NCBI GenBank assembly: GCA_048938025.1
Contig: JBHLMP010000010.1
Span: forward strand, 1 to 64,000
From: Promethearchaeota archaeon
GTDB taxonomy: Archaea > Asgardarchaeota > Lokiarchaeia > Sigyniarchaeales > SOKP01
Length of the DNA: 64,000 nucleotides
Direction: 5' to 3'
How positions within the stretch are numbered: position 1 is the stretch's first letter; every line of letters begins with the position of its first letter. The notes beneath the pieces were generated by a model that saw only the letters and a list, made by a program, of their open reading frames with translations, ran no database searches and had not been told where the DNA came from. Of the stretch, positions 38,795 to 49,328 are shown piece by piece. Position numbers and translations under genes: made by a program.

Positions 38795-39940
38795 ATGTTC
38801 ATGATATATCAATGGGGTACCAGTCAAGGCGCAGATCCTATTTCTATTATCATAAATTTGCTATTCTTTTTATTGATATTTGTCAGTATTTTCTATGGAC
38901 AAAAGATACAAAGTTGGAAGGCATCGAAAGAAATTCAAGTAGGTCTAGATAAACTTAAGAAATGGAACGATGAGTGTAAAGAAATTTTGCTTACTAATTT
39001 TAAGGAATTTGCTGATAAAAAACAAACACAAAAAGATCTCATGTTTAAACTTGAAGATTTCATTACATTTGTTACAATACCACCAGTATCTCTTGATCCT
39101 TATGGGATTATACCAAAATTTGATCATGTTGTTGATGTAAGAGATAATCGATTTAAAGAAGAAGTAGAGATATTAGCTCCTAATGCTGATACTGTTCAGA
39201 GAGCAAATCTGGAAAACTTGTTAGAGGCTGTAATGGCGGTAGATTTTATTTATCGCTTAGTACGACATTACCTTATTTTAGGAAAAAAATCAAAATCAAT
39301 GATTTTATTAATGCAAATTTCAATGCAAATGGGTATAATTTTAGCATTAGCAAAATCATACTATTCAGCTGCTAAAGCATTTTCAGAGGGGAGCCCTATA
39401 GGAGATGGTCTTGGTCCTCTTGTTGTGGCTAGTTTTTTAAGAGAAGTTTCCCAAGAAGATATAGCTGTTCAGGAGACTTTTAAAGATACTATTGTTCAGG
39501 AGATAAATTTTGAAGATAGAATAGTTTATGTTGTTCGAGCAAAAGGACCAGGAGGTACAGTTGGAAAACCAGGAAAAGCAATTAGACAATTAGTTGAAGA
39601 ATACGGAGATTCTATATCTAGAATAATTATGATTGATGCAGGATTAAAGCTCACGGGAGATAAAACAGGATCTTTAGCAGTTGGAGTAGGAGCTGCTATT
39701 GGTGGTATTGGAATCGAAAAACATTATATTGAAGAATCTACTACGGGAAAAGATATTCCAATAGATGCTCTGATTTGTAAACAGTCATTAGAAGACGCTA
39801 TTACTACGATGAAACGCCCGATTACTCAATCAGTACCAAAAATCGTAGAAAAAATAAAAATGGCTATACGTAAAAGAACTGAAAAAGGTACCAAAGTTAT
39901 AGTTGCTGGGATTGGAAATACTATAGGAATTGGAATTTAA
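38795..39940 (+). CDS. DUF1512-family protein
   Basis: N-terminal TM, P..LDP.GI..K, PIGDGLGPLV, A.GPGG.VGKPG, IDA.LK..G, G.GNTIGI. Confidence 0.8.
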   Translation: MFMIYQWGTSQGADPISIIINLLFFLLIFVSIFYGQKIQSWKASKEIQVGLDKLKKWNDECKEILLTNFKEFADKKQTQKDLMFKLEDFITFVTIPPVSLDPYGIIPKFDHVVDVRDNRFKEEVEILAPNADTVQRANLENLLEAVMAVDFIYRLVRHYLILGKKSKSMILLMQISMQMGIILALAKSYYSAAKAFSEGSPIGDGLGPLVVASFLREVSQEDIAVQETFKDTIVQEINFEDRIVYVVRAKGPGGTVGKPGKAIRQLVEEYGDSISRIIMIDAGLKLTGDKTGSLAVGVGAAIGGIGIEKHYIEESTTGKDIPIDALICKQSLEDAITTMKRPITQSVPKIVEKIKMAIRKRTEKGTKVIVAGIGNTIGIGI

Positions 39941-40189
39941 TTTAACTTCTACTCTTTTACAAAATAATTCTCTTTTTTTCCAAAATCTTTTTTACATTTC
40001 TCTGTAAGGGAAACAAATTCTTTCGAATTTGAAATTTTAAACGGGTTCATATTTCGATTAAAAACCTGCAAATTATTTGTTCTAATAAAGAAGAAACTTA
40101 TTTTGAAAAAAAGAAATAGTTTTATAATTAAAGGAATAAAATTAATTAATTACTTTAAATCATAAAATAAAAATTAAAAAAATTTACTT

Positions 40190-40195
40190 GAGGTG
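40190..40195 (+). promoter_or_regulatory. Shine-Dalgarno-like RBS (GAGGTG) upstream of AOR
   Basis: The same GAGGTG/AGGTG motif precedes pheT, sat and Fe-ADH. Confidence 0.6.
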
Positions 40196-40203
40196 TAAAT
40201 ATC

Positions 40204-42072
40204 ATTTACGGTTATATGGGTAAAATTTTAAGAGTCGATTTAACGAATGGAAAAATAAGCGAAGAGTTTCCTGACGAAGAAACACTAAAATTATATCTAG
40301 GAGGGGCAGGATTAGCTACGAAATATCTAATAGAAGAAGTATCAAAAGGCGTTGATCCATTAGGACCTGAAAATAAATTAATTTTCATGACAGGGCCATT
40401 AACAGGAACACCATCACCTAGTACGGGAAGATATGCTGTTGTTACAAAATCACCTCTCACAGGTATATGGGGGGAAGCTAATTCTGCTGGTTTTTGGGGA
40501 CGTGATCTAAAAAGATCTGGCTTTGATGGAGTTATATTCGAAGGAATCTCTCCAAAGCCGGTTTATTTAGTTATAGAAGATGGAAAAGCAGAGTTGAAAG
40601 ATGCAACCCATCTTTGGGGTAAAAATACATCTGAAACAACGAAAATCATAAAAGAAGAATTGGGAGAAAAATTTAATGTTTCTTGTATTGGTATTTCAGG
40701 AGAAAATCTCGTAAAATACGCTGCGATAATGAATGATTGTGATAAACCTAATTGGGGACGTGCAGCAGGTAGATGTGGAGTAGGAGCAGTAATGGGATCT
40801 AAAAACGTAAAAGCTCTTGCTGCTAAAGGAAATGCTAGGATTGAGGTAGCCAATCCGGATGAATACAAAGAAGAAGCTAAACAAAGATATGATTGGGTAA
40901 ATCAAAGTCTATTGAAGATGACACTTGAAGTATTTGGAACCGCTACTATGGTAGATTTAGTTGGAGTTAAAGGTGGTTTACCGACAAAAAATTGGCAGAC
41001 CGGAGTTTTTCCTAATATGGAAAAGATAAATGGAACAGCAATTAATGAAACCATTCTTACTGGTAGGAAACCTTGCTTTGCTTGTCCAATTGCTTGTGGA
41101 CGTCTTGTTGAAATTAAGGAAGGAAAGTATAAAAGCGAAGGAGAAGGACCTGAATATGAGTCAATAGGATCTTTTGGGACTATGTGTGGTGTTGATAATT
41201 TGGAGGCTATTACATTAGCTCATTTTCTATGCAATGAATTTGGACTTGATACAATCTCTGCTGGAAATACAATAGGTTTTGCTATGGAGTGTTATGAAAA
41301 AGGAATATTGACAAAAGAACAAACTGATGGAATGGAATTAAAATTTGGTGATGCAGATATAATAATTGATCTTATACCTAAAATTAGTAGAAGGGAGGGA
41401 ATTGGTGATTTAATGGCTGAAGGAACAAGAATAATGGCAGAAAAACTAGGTAAAGACTCAATTAAATTTGCAATGCAAGTCAAAGGTTTAGAACTTCCTG
41501 CATATGATAGTAGAGCCGCTAAAATCACAGGATTAGCATATTCTACAGCAAATCGGGGTGGTGACCATATTACTGCTTGGATTGAAGGCCCAGCATTTTT
41601 ATCAATGCCTTTTATGCTTGTAGATGATGCTGATGTAGGTGATCCACTTCAGGAAATTCCAGAAAAAACTTTTATCCTAAAGGATTTGGAAGATGGTTTT
41701 AGTGTATTTGATGCAATTGGTGGTTGTAAATTTATGGGTATCGTTCTAAGTGCTGAAGATTGGGCATCCTTGATATCTAAATTATTAGGATATCCATTTA
41801 CAGCATCAGATTTTCGAAAAACTGGCGAAAGACTTTTTAATCTCGCAAGAGTCTATAATGTTAGAGAAGGGATAACTCGAAAAGATGATACACTTCCAAC
41901 TCGATTATTAGAAGAACCTCTTCCTGAAGGACCAGCTCAAGGACAAACAGTAAATTTAGACCCGCTTTTAGACGCTTACTATGAATTTCGCGGTTGGGAT
42001 AAAAATGGTATCCCTACTAAGGAGAAACTTAAAGAACTTCAATTAGATTGGGCTATCAATTATATTTATTAA
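40204..42072 (+). CDS. aor: Aldehyde:ferredoxin oxidoreductase (tungsten AOR family)
   Basis: GKILRVDLT, KSPLTG, RAAGR.G.GAVMGSKN.KA, C..CPI.C, GPEYE, GLDTIS, RGGDH; likely ATT start giving MYGYMGK (first ATG at 40216). Confidence 0.93.
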   Translation: MYGYMGKILRVDLTNGKISEEFPDEETLKLYLGGAGLATKYLIEEVSKGVDPLGPENKLIFMTGPLTGTPSPSTGRYAVVTKSPLTGIWGEANSAGFWGRDLKRSGFDGVIFEGISPKPVYLVIEDGKAELKDATHLWGKNTSETTKIIKEELGEKFNVSCIGISGENLVKYAAIMNDCDKPNWGRAAGRCGVGAVMGSKNVKALAAKGNARIEVANPDEYKEEAKQRYDWVNQSLLKMTLEVFGTATMVDLVGVKGGLPTKNWQTGVFPNMEKINGTAINETILTGRKPCFACPIACGRLVEIKEGKYKSEGEGPEYESIGSFGTMCGVDNLEAITLAHFLCNEFGLDTISAGNTIGFAMECYEKGILTKEQTDGMELKFGDADIIIDLIPKISRREGIGDLMAEGTRIMAEKLGKDSIKFAMQVKGLELPAYDSRAAKITGLAYSTANRGGDHITAWIEGPAFLSMPFMLVDDADVGDPLQEIPEKTFILKDLEDGFSVFDAIGGCKFMGIVLSAEDWASLISKLLGYPFTASDFRKTGERLFNLARVYNVREGITRKDDTLPTRLLEEPLPEGPAQGQTVNLDPLLDAYYEFRGWDKNGIPTKEKLKELQLDWAINYIY

Positions 42073-42096
42073 TCTTTTTTCTCAATTATAAAATAA

Positions 42097-43821
42097 ATGG
42101 TGAATAAGTTGAGTGATAAGAAGGATTTAAGATATGAAGACAAACCATGGCAAAGTCAATATAAAGTAGGTCCGTTTAACCTGAAAAAGACAATGGAACC
42201 ATACCCTAAAATTAATATATACCAATTTCTAGAAGATGCTACTTCTAAATATCCTGATAATGTTGCTTGCATATATGTCGATGAAGAAATGACATATAGT
42301 GAACTTAAACTGAAAGTTGACAGGTTTGCCAATGCATTATTAGATCTAGGAATAAAAAAAGGTGATTTAATTGCAACAGTCCTCCCTTCTTGTCCAGAAT
42401 TTATAATTGCAGATTTTGCTGCAATGAAAGTAGGAGCTGTTCATGTTCCACTAAGCATACTGCATAAAGCTCCTGATCTAATTCATGAATTACAATTAAG
42501 TGGAGCTGAGACTGTGATATGTTCTTACCGACGTCTTGAAAGATTAAATGCAATTAAGGATCAAACTAAGGTAAAAACAATAATATATACCCCAACTAAA
42601 TTATTCCCTGATTATAAATCACCAGAGATGGAACATCCATCAGAAGCGGGTTATTATTTATTAGATGATTTAATAACAAAATATGAACCACTTAAAGAAA
42701 CTGTTGAGATCAATCCATTGGATGATTTAGCACTTTTACCCTTCACAGGCGGTACAACTGGATTACCAAAAGGAACAATGCTAACACATTACAACATTAC
42801 TTCCTCTATTAGGCAATCAGTTCATTGGATGATGCATAATATGAAGGTGGGAATTGAAGGGAAAGCAGCAGCGTGTATATGTGTACCAGTTTTTCATGCA
42901 TATGGTCATTGGGGAGTATATACTTCAATATCTTGGGGATTAAAAATGTTTTTGATGGATCCAAGAGATATTAATAAAATTGCTGAGACTATTAAAAATC
43001 ATCGGCCTTTCATAGTTTTAGCGGTTCCTACGCATTATAATTATTTAACAAAATTAGATCTTCCAAAAACAGCTATCTTTTATGCATCTGGAGCAGCAGC
43101 TCTAGCTCCTGAACTCGCTGAAGAATTTGAGCACAAAGTCGGTTTTTTTATTAGTGAAGGATATGGAGCAACTGAGACTTCTACTATAAGCTGTATTAAT
43201 CTTTCAGCTTTATCTAAGGTAACAGGATTTATGCCTGAATTAAAAAGAGGTATTGGAGTTCCTGTACCCGATACAGATGTAAAAATTGTAGATCCTGATA
43301 CCGGAGAAGAAGTACCCTTTGGAGAACGTGGAGAAATTTGGATAAAAGGTCCTCAGGTAATGAAAGGATATTGGCCTACACCAGGGAAAGGATTAACTGA
43401 AGATGGATGGCTTAGAATGGGTGATATTGCAGAAATCGATGATGATTTTTATTTCCATATTGTAGATAGGATAAAAGATATGATAAATGTCTCTGGCAAT
43501 AAAGTTTATTCGAGAGTCATTGATGATCTTCTCTATGAACATCCAGCTGTTAATCAAGTAGGTGTTATTGGGGTTCCAGATCCTGAAAGACCTGGGAGTG
43601 AGCGCGTAAAAGCATTTATACAATTAAAACGTGAATATAAAGGAAAAGTTACGGAAGAGGAAATTATTCAGTATGCTAGAGAAAACTTAAAGCCTTATGC
43701 TGTTCCAAAATACGTTGAATTTAGAAAAGAATTACCAATAACAATGGCTATGAAGATCTTTAAGAGGAAACTAAGAGACGAGGAACTTGCTAAGATGAAG
43801 GAAAGAGGAGAAATCAAATAA
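42097..43821 (+). CDS. Long-chain fatty-acid--CoA ligase (ANL family)
   Basis: FTGGTTGLPKG, EGYGATE, GEI.IKGPQVMKGYW, GD, IVDRIKDMI..SG. Confidence 0.9.
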   Translation: MVNKLSDKKDLRYEDKPWQSQYKVGPFNLKKTMEPYPKINIYQFLEDATSKYPDNVACIYVDEEMTYSELKLKVDRFANALLDLGIKKGDLIATVLPSCPEFIIADFAAMKVGAVHVPLSILHKAPDLIHELQLSGAETVICSYRRLERLNAIKDQTKVKTIIYTPTKLFPDYKSPEMEHPSEAGYYLLDDLITKYEPLKETVEINPLDDLALLPFTGGTTGLPKGTMLTHYNITSSIRQSVHWMMHNMKVGIEGKAAACICVPVFHAYGHWGVYTSISWGLKMFLMDPRDINKIAETIKNHRPFIVLAVPTHYNYLTKLDLPKTAIFYASGAAALAPELAEEFEHKVGFFISEGYGATETSTISCINLSALSKVTGFMPELKRGIGVPVPDTDVKIVDPDTGEEVPFGERGEIWIKGPQVMKGYWPTPGKGLTEDGWLRMGDIAEIDDDFYFHIVDRIKDMINVSGNKVYSRVIDDLLYEHPAVNQVGVIGVPDPERPGSERVKAFIQLKREYKGKVTEEEIIQYARENLKPYAVPKYVEFRKELPITMAMKIFKRKLRDEELAKMKERGEIK

Positions 43822-43931
43822 TAATTAAAATTTATTTTTAAAAGAAAAATGAAATATTTATTGAATTCTAAATTTTATAAAATATATATAAGCAAAAAGC
43901 GAATTAAATAACAAGTAAAAGAGTGATAAAA

Positions 43932-44354
43932 ATGAAATTTGGAACCCCAGAGTGGGCAGAAGCATTTATGAAGGCTATTAATGATAATCCTAATTATAGA
44001 GAGGCAGCTGGACCGGAAGGATTTCCACCAGACGGATGGGAAGGAGATTTCCTTTTTATAATCGAACCTTCTGGTAATTTAGATCATGAAATAAGGATAT
44101 TTGTAGGCTTGTATCATGGTGAATGTACAGGATGTAGAGTCCTAAAAGAAGGAGAAGAATTAGAGACAGAATATGTTTATGCTGGTCCTTATGACGCATG
44201 GGTTCAGGTTTTAAAGAAAGAATTAGATCCCATCCGTGGTCTGTTAGCTGGTAAGTTTAAGCTAAAAGGTGACATGTCAAAAATTTTAAAGGCAACAAGG
44301 TCAGCCCAAGAACTTGTAATTAGCTCTACAATGTTTGATACTGAATTATATTAA
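43932..44354 (+). CDS. SCP2 sterol/lipid-binding domain protein
   Basis: F.T.EW.......N....Y..A...WEGD, LDP...L..GK.KLKGDM. Confidence 0.85.
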   Translation: MKFGTPEWAEAFMKAINDNPNYREAAGPEGFPPDGWEGDFLFIIEPSGNLDHEIRIFVGLYHGECTGCRVLKEGEELETEYVYAGPYDAWVQVLKKELDPIRGLLAGKFKLKGDMSKILKATRSAQELVISSTMFDTELY

Positions 44355-44421
44355 ATTTAAGAAATCTTTTTTACTTTTTTTTTCTTTATTTTTTGTATAT
44401 CAAACAATTGTAATATTTAAG

Positions 44422-45225
44422 ATGTCTAATCACAATAATAACTTATCTAAATTAACAGAAAAACTAGTTTATTTTTTTGATTTAGATGGTACTATCTATT
44501 TAGGGGATAGATTATTCGAAGGTGTACTTGATCTTGTTGAAATATTAAAAAAAAGGAAAAAAAAGTTTTATTTCCTCTCAAATAATTCAAGTAAATCTAC
44601 CACTGATTATCTAAAAAAATTAAATAATTTTAATCTTGATGTTTCCCGCGAAAATATCATTTTATCACAACATCCTACAATCGATTATTTAAAAAAAAAT
44701 AATTACAAGAAGATTTTTTTAATGGGAACTCAATCTCTCAAAGAAGAATTTAGCCAAGAGGGATTTGATTTAACTGAAGAAGATCCAGAAATTCTGGTAC
44801 TTGCATTTGATCAAGAGTTAACTTATGATCGTTTAGTTAAAGCATCATACTTACTTCAGAAAGAAGATTTTCCTTATATTGCCACACACCTGGATAATAG
44901 ATGTCCAACCGAAGAAGGTTATGTTCCAGATGCTGGTGGTATCGCCGCTCTTTTATATAAAGCAACAGAAAGATCACCTAAAGTTTTCGGAAAACCAAAT
45001 AAAGAAATGTTATTGTTTAAGTTAGAGCAATTAGGAATTTCTCCTAAGGATGCAGTTATGTTTGGAGATAGGTTATATACAGATATAATAATGGGAATAA
45101 AAGCTGGTATTACCACTTGTTGTGTTTTATCTGGTGAAATGACAATGGATATGATAAACAAAAGTGAATTTAAACCAGATTACATAATTAATGGAATCTG
45201 GGAGCTTTTAAATGAATTCAAATAA
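44422..45225 (+). CDS. HAD-IIA (NagD-like) phosphatase
   Basis: FDLDGTIY, SNNSS, GKP, GDRLYTDI, VLSG; ATG at 44422 preferred. Confidence 0.9.
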   Translation: MSNHNNNLSKLTEKLVYFFDLDGTIYLGDRLFEGVLDLVEILKKRKKKFYFLSNNSSKSTTDYLKKLNNFNLDVSRENIILSQHPTIDYLKKNNYKKIFLMGTQSLKEEFSQEGFDLTEEDPEILVLAFDQELTYDRLVKASYLLQKEDFPYIATHLDNRCPTEEGYVPDAGGIAALLYKATERSPKVFGKPNKEMLLFKLEQLGISPKDAVMFGDRLYTDIIMGIKAGITTCCVLSGEMTMDMINKSEFKPDYIINGIWELLNEFK

Positions 45226-45385
45226 GTTTTAATCCTATTATACAATACTTTTCGAAAATTTTAATTCTTAATTGAAACTAAAATAATTAACTAAAAATTG
45301 AAGTTATTTGCGTAAAATATAAAAGCTAATTGGTTTGTTTTAATGATAACTAAAACTGATGAGTAAAGTATTTTGGTAATCAGCC

Positions 45386-48076
45386 ATGACAATCAGCGAA
45401 AATAAAAAATTTGTCTATAATTTTAATGAAGGAAATAAGGATTTAAAAGATTTGCTTGGTGGAAAAGGAGCTAATTTAGCAGAAATGACAAAATTAGGTC
45501 TAAGTATTCCACCTGGTTTTACAATTACAACAGAAGCTTGTTTACTTTATTTTAATAATCCTAAAAAAGTAATGGACGAATTAAAGCCTGATATAATTGA
45601 ACATTTAAAAACTTTAGAAAAAAATACCGAAAAAAAATTCGGAGATGTTAAAAATCCCCTTCTTGTCTCAGTTCGCTCTGGAGCGCCCCAAAGCATGCCT
45701 GGTATGATGGACACGGTCTTAAACTTAGGATTAAATGACCAGAGTGTACAAGGTTTGGGTGAGCAAACAGATAACATCCGTTTTGCTTATGATTCTTATA
45801 GGAGATTCATTCAAATGTTTGGTGATGTGGTCATGGGTATTGGTGATGAGAAGTTTGAAAGGATTTTGAATAAATATAAAAGATTAATTTCCCGTGATGC
45901 TCAAGATACTGATCTAAGTGTAAATGATTTACAAAAAGTAATAGCTGATTATAAAGCATTATATAAAAAAGAAATTGGCTCACCATTTCCTCAAGATCCC
46001 CTTACCCAACTTTTCCTTGCCATAGAAGCAGTATTTAAATCATGGAATAATAGAAGAGCGATAACATACCGAAGAATAAATAATATTCCAGATTTTGGAA
46101 CAGCAGTTAATATTCAAGCCATGGTATTTGGTAATAAAGGATGGAAATCAGGGACAGGTGTTGCCTTTACAAGAGATCCATCAACTGGAGAGAATAAAAA
46201 ATTTGGTGAGTATTTAACAAATGCTCAAGGTGAGGATGTTGTTGCTGGAATTCGTACACCAAAGAAGCTAGATGAAATGAAGAAAGAATTTCCTAAAATA
46301 TATAAAGAATTAATTGATACAATGGAAAAGTTGGAAAAACATTATAGAGATATGCAAGATATTGAATTTACAATTGAAGATGGAAGGTTAAATTTATTAC
46401 AAACTCGAAATGGAAAACGAACTCCTTCTGCTGCTGTAAAAATCGCTGTAGATATGGTTAAAGAAGGTGTGCTTTCAAAGGAAGAAGCAATTATGAGTGT
46501 AGATCCAAAGAAAGTATCAAAATTATTATTTAAAAGCATTGATGAAAATTCCATTGTACACGTTCTAGCACATGGTATTAACGCATCTCCAGGAGCAGTT
46601 TCTGGAATAGCTATTTTTGACCCTGATACAGCTGAAAAATTAGCAAATGAAGGAGAAAATGAAATAATTCTCGTTCGACCACAAACAAAACCAGATGATA
46701 TACATGGTTTATATGCTTCTAGTGGAGTACTAACCCAATTTGGTGGAAAGACATCACATGCCGCTGTGGTTGCAAGAGGTATGGGTAAACCTGCAGTTGT
46801 TGGTGCACAAGATGTTGAAATCGATGAAGAAAATAAAGAATTTAGAGTTGGTGATATGGTAGTTAGCGAAGGTGATTGGATTACCATTGACGGAACATTA
46901 GGACGGGTGATTGAAGGAAAAGTTCCTTTAGTAGAACCAGTAATAAAAGGGGAATTTTTAGAATTATTAGAAATGTGTGATACTATAAAACGATTGGGTG
47001 TCCGTGCAAATGCAGATACTCCTACTGATGCACAAAAAGCTATAGAATTTGGTGCTGAGGGAATAGGGCTTTGTCGAACAGAACATATGTTTATGGACGC
47101 TTCTCGCTTGCCCATTGTGCAGAATATGATAATGGCAAGAACCATAGAAGAACGTCAAGATGCCTTGAATAAAATTTTGCCTATGCAAAAAGGTGATTTC
47201 TTAGAGATTTTTAAAATTATGGAAGGAAAACCGGTTACAATAAGACTTTTAGATCCACCTTTGCATGAGTTTTTACCTGAATTATCTACTATGCTTTTAG
47301 AAATTCAAGAGTATAAAATGACTAATGCTTTATCAAAATCTTTATTAAATGTTACACCCCTCGATGAAGAAATTGCTAAAAAAAATAAGGTTATTAGCCT
47401 AATTAGATCACTTTCCGAGGAGAATCCCATGATGGGTCTAAGAGGATGCAGATTAGGAATTGTATGGCCAGAAATAAATGAAATGCAAGTAAAAGCGATA
47501 TTTCAAGCCGCTTGTGAACTTAAACTACAGGGAATTAATGTAATACCAGAAGTTATGATTCCATTAATAGGAATGCTTTCAGAATTGCAATTAGTTAAAT
47601 CCCAATTACTACAAACTGCTGAAGAAACAATTAAAGATTATGGTGTAGAATTAGAATATAAATTTGGTACAATGATTGAAATACCACGAGCAGCTTTAAC
47701 TGCTGATGAAATTGCCATTGAAGCAGAATTTTTTTCTTTTGGGACAAATGACTTAACACAAATGACCTATGGTTTCTCCCGAGATGATGCCGAAGGAAAA
47801 TTCCTCCCGATTTATCTAAACAAAGAGATATTAGAGAATAATCCTTTTGAAATTTTAGATCGAGACGGTGTGGGTAAATTGATGAAGATGGCAATTGAAC
47901 TTGGCAAAAAGACAAGACCAGATTTGAAAACAGGTATTTGTGGAGAACATGGGGGAGAACCAAATAGTATTCATTTTGCTCATTCGATTGGGCTTGATTA
48001 TGTCTCTTGTTCTCCATTTAGAATCCCTGTTGCTAGAATTGCTGCTGCTCAAGCGAAAATAGAGCAAAAGAAATAA
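45386..48076 (+). CDS. ppdK: Pyruvate, phosphate dikinase
   Basis: GGKGANLAEM, SVRSGA..SMPGMMDT, TSHAAVVARG (catalytic His), GLCRTEHMF, SFGTNDLTQ, GICGEHGG. Confidence 0.97.
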   Translation: MTISENKKFVYNFNEGNKDLKDLLGGKGANLAEMTKLGLSIPPGFTITTEACLLYFNNPKKVMDELKPDIIEHLKTLEKNTEKKFGDVKNPLLVSVRSGAPQSMPGMMDTVLNLGLNDQSVQGLGEQTDNIRFAYDSYRRFIQMFGDVVMGIGDEKFERILNKYKRLISRDAQDTDLSVNDLQKVIADYKALYKKEIGSPFPQDPLTQLFLAIEAVFKSWNNRRAITYRRINNIPDFGTAVNIQAMVFGNKGWKSGTGVAFTRDPSTGENKKFGEYLTNAQGEDVVAGIRTPKKLDEMKKEFPKIYKELIDTMEKLEKHYRDMQDIEFTIEDGRLNLLQTRNGKRTPSAAVKIAVDMVKEGVLSKEEAIMSVDPKKVSKLLFKSIDENSIVHVLAHGINASPGAVSGIAIFDPDTAEKLANEGENEIILVRPQTKPDDIHGLYASSGVLTQFGGKTSHAAVVARGMGKPAVVGAQDVEIDEENKEFRVGDMVVSEGDWITIDGTLGRVIEGKVPLVEPVIKGEFLELLEMCDTIKRLGVRANADTPTDAQKAIEFGAEGIGLCRTEHMFMDASRLPIVQNMIMARTIEERQDALNKILPMQKGDFLEIFKIMEGKPVTIRLLDPPLHEFLPELSTMLLEIQEYKMTNALSKSLLNVTPLDEEIAKKNKVISLIRSLSEENPMMGLRGCRLGIVWPEINEMQVKAIFQAACELKLQGINVIPEVMIPLIGMLSELQLVKSQLLQTAEETIKDYGVELEYKFGTMIEIPRAALTADEIAIEAEFFSFGTNDLTQMTYGFSRDDAEGKFLPIYLNKEILENNPFEILDRDGVGKLMKMAIELGKKTRPDLKTGICGEHGGEPNSIHFAHSIGLDYVSCSPFRIPVARIAAAQAKIEQKK

Positions 48077-48220
48077 TTTAGTTCTAATTTAAAATTATTA
48101 ATTTATAAATCTTATTGATTAATTTCAATTTAATTAAGCTCCATTTTAATTTCCATGATCCATAAAAGTTATATCAAGATGATTATTTAATAATTTATAA
48201 AATATTCAGTAGCTAAGAAA

Positions 48221-49327
48221 ATGACATTAACTTTAGAGGAGAAGATTGCTTTACTTAGAGAAGTAGGAGAAGAAATCATCGAAGAAGATGAATTACGTGA
48301 GATGATTCAATGGAAATTAGATCATAACCAAGAAATTTATGCATATGATGGTTTTGAACCTTCTGGAGATATGCACATTGCTCAAGGGCTTTTACGTGCT
48401 ATTAATGTAAATAAAATAACTAAAGCAGGGGTAAGGTTTAAATTTTTAGTAGCAGATTGGCATGCAGCCGCCAATCACAAATTTGGTGGAAATTTAGAGG
48501 TTATTAAGAGAGTAGGAGATTTTTTTAGTGAGGTATGGAAAATTTGTAAGATGGACTTAAGTAAAGTAGAATTTATATATGCTTCAGATATTGTAAAGGA
48601 TCCTGCCTATTGGGAATTATTATTAAAAATTTCTATTAATAGTTCTTTAAATCGAGTAAAAAGATGTACACAAATTATGGGTAGAGAAGATACTGACACA
48701 TTAACAGCCTCCCAAATCTTATACCCTTTAATGCAAACAGCAGATATTTTTTATTTACCTGCGGATATTTGTCAGCTAGGATTAGATCAGAGAAAAGTAA
48801 ATATGTTAGCAAGAGAGGTAGCCAAAAAGCTAAATAAACCAAAACCAATTTCAGTTAGCCATCACATGTTAATGGGTTTAGGAAAACCACCTGATACAAA
48901 CTTAACAGGAATAGATAGAGCTGTAAAACTCAAGATGTCAAAATCTGACCCTGACTCGGCTATATTAATGCTAGATACTCCAAAGGATATAAAAAGGAAA
49001 ATAAATAAGGCATATTGTCCTCCAAAAGAAATAGTCGAAAATCCAGTTTTGGAATATTGTAAGTATATAATATTTGAACTTATAGAATCTTTTAAAGTTG
49101 AAAGACCTCAGAACTATGGAGGAAATGTAGAATATAGTTCTTATGTAGAAATGGAGAAGGATTACGTTGACGGTAAGCTAAAACCTCCCGATTTGAAACT
49201 GGCTGTTATAAAGTATTTGAATCAATTACTCCAGCCGGTAAGAGAACACTTTGAGAAAGACAAAAAAGCCAGAGAATTATATACCTTTGTTAAAAAAGAA
49301 TACAAAAAAGAAATATCTAAAAAATAA
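48221..49327 (+). CDS. tyrS: Tyrosyl-tRNA synthetase (archaeal/eukaryotic type)
   Basis: YDGFEPSG.MHIAQG, ADWHA, YP.MQ.AD, QLG.DQRK, KMSKS, AYCP. Confidence 0.95.
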   Translation: MTLTLEEKIALLREVGEEIIEEDELREMIQWKLDHNQEIYAYDGFEPSGDMHIAQGLLRAINVNKITKAGVRFKFLVADWHAAANHKFGGNLEVIKRVGDFFSEVWKICKMDLSKVEFIYASDIVKDPAYWELLLKISINSSLNRVKRCTQIMGREDTDTLTASQILYPLMQTADIFYLPADICQLGLDQRKVNMLAREVAKKLNKPKPISVSHHMLMGLGKPPDTNLTGIDRAVKLKMSKSDPDSAILMLDTPKDIKRKINKAYCPPKEIVENPVLEYCKYIIFELIESFKVERPQNYGGNVEYSSYVEMEKDYVDGKLKPPDLKLAVIKYLNQLLQPVREHFEKDKKARELYTFVKKEYKKEISKK

Positions 49328-49328
49328 T

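Noticed and set aside
46342-47145. 267-aa antisense ORF inside ppdK
   Set aside because: Shadow of a conserved gene; Ser/Pro/Thr/Ile-rich composition typical of antisense frames and no motifs.
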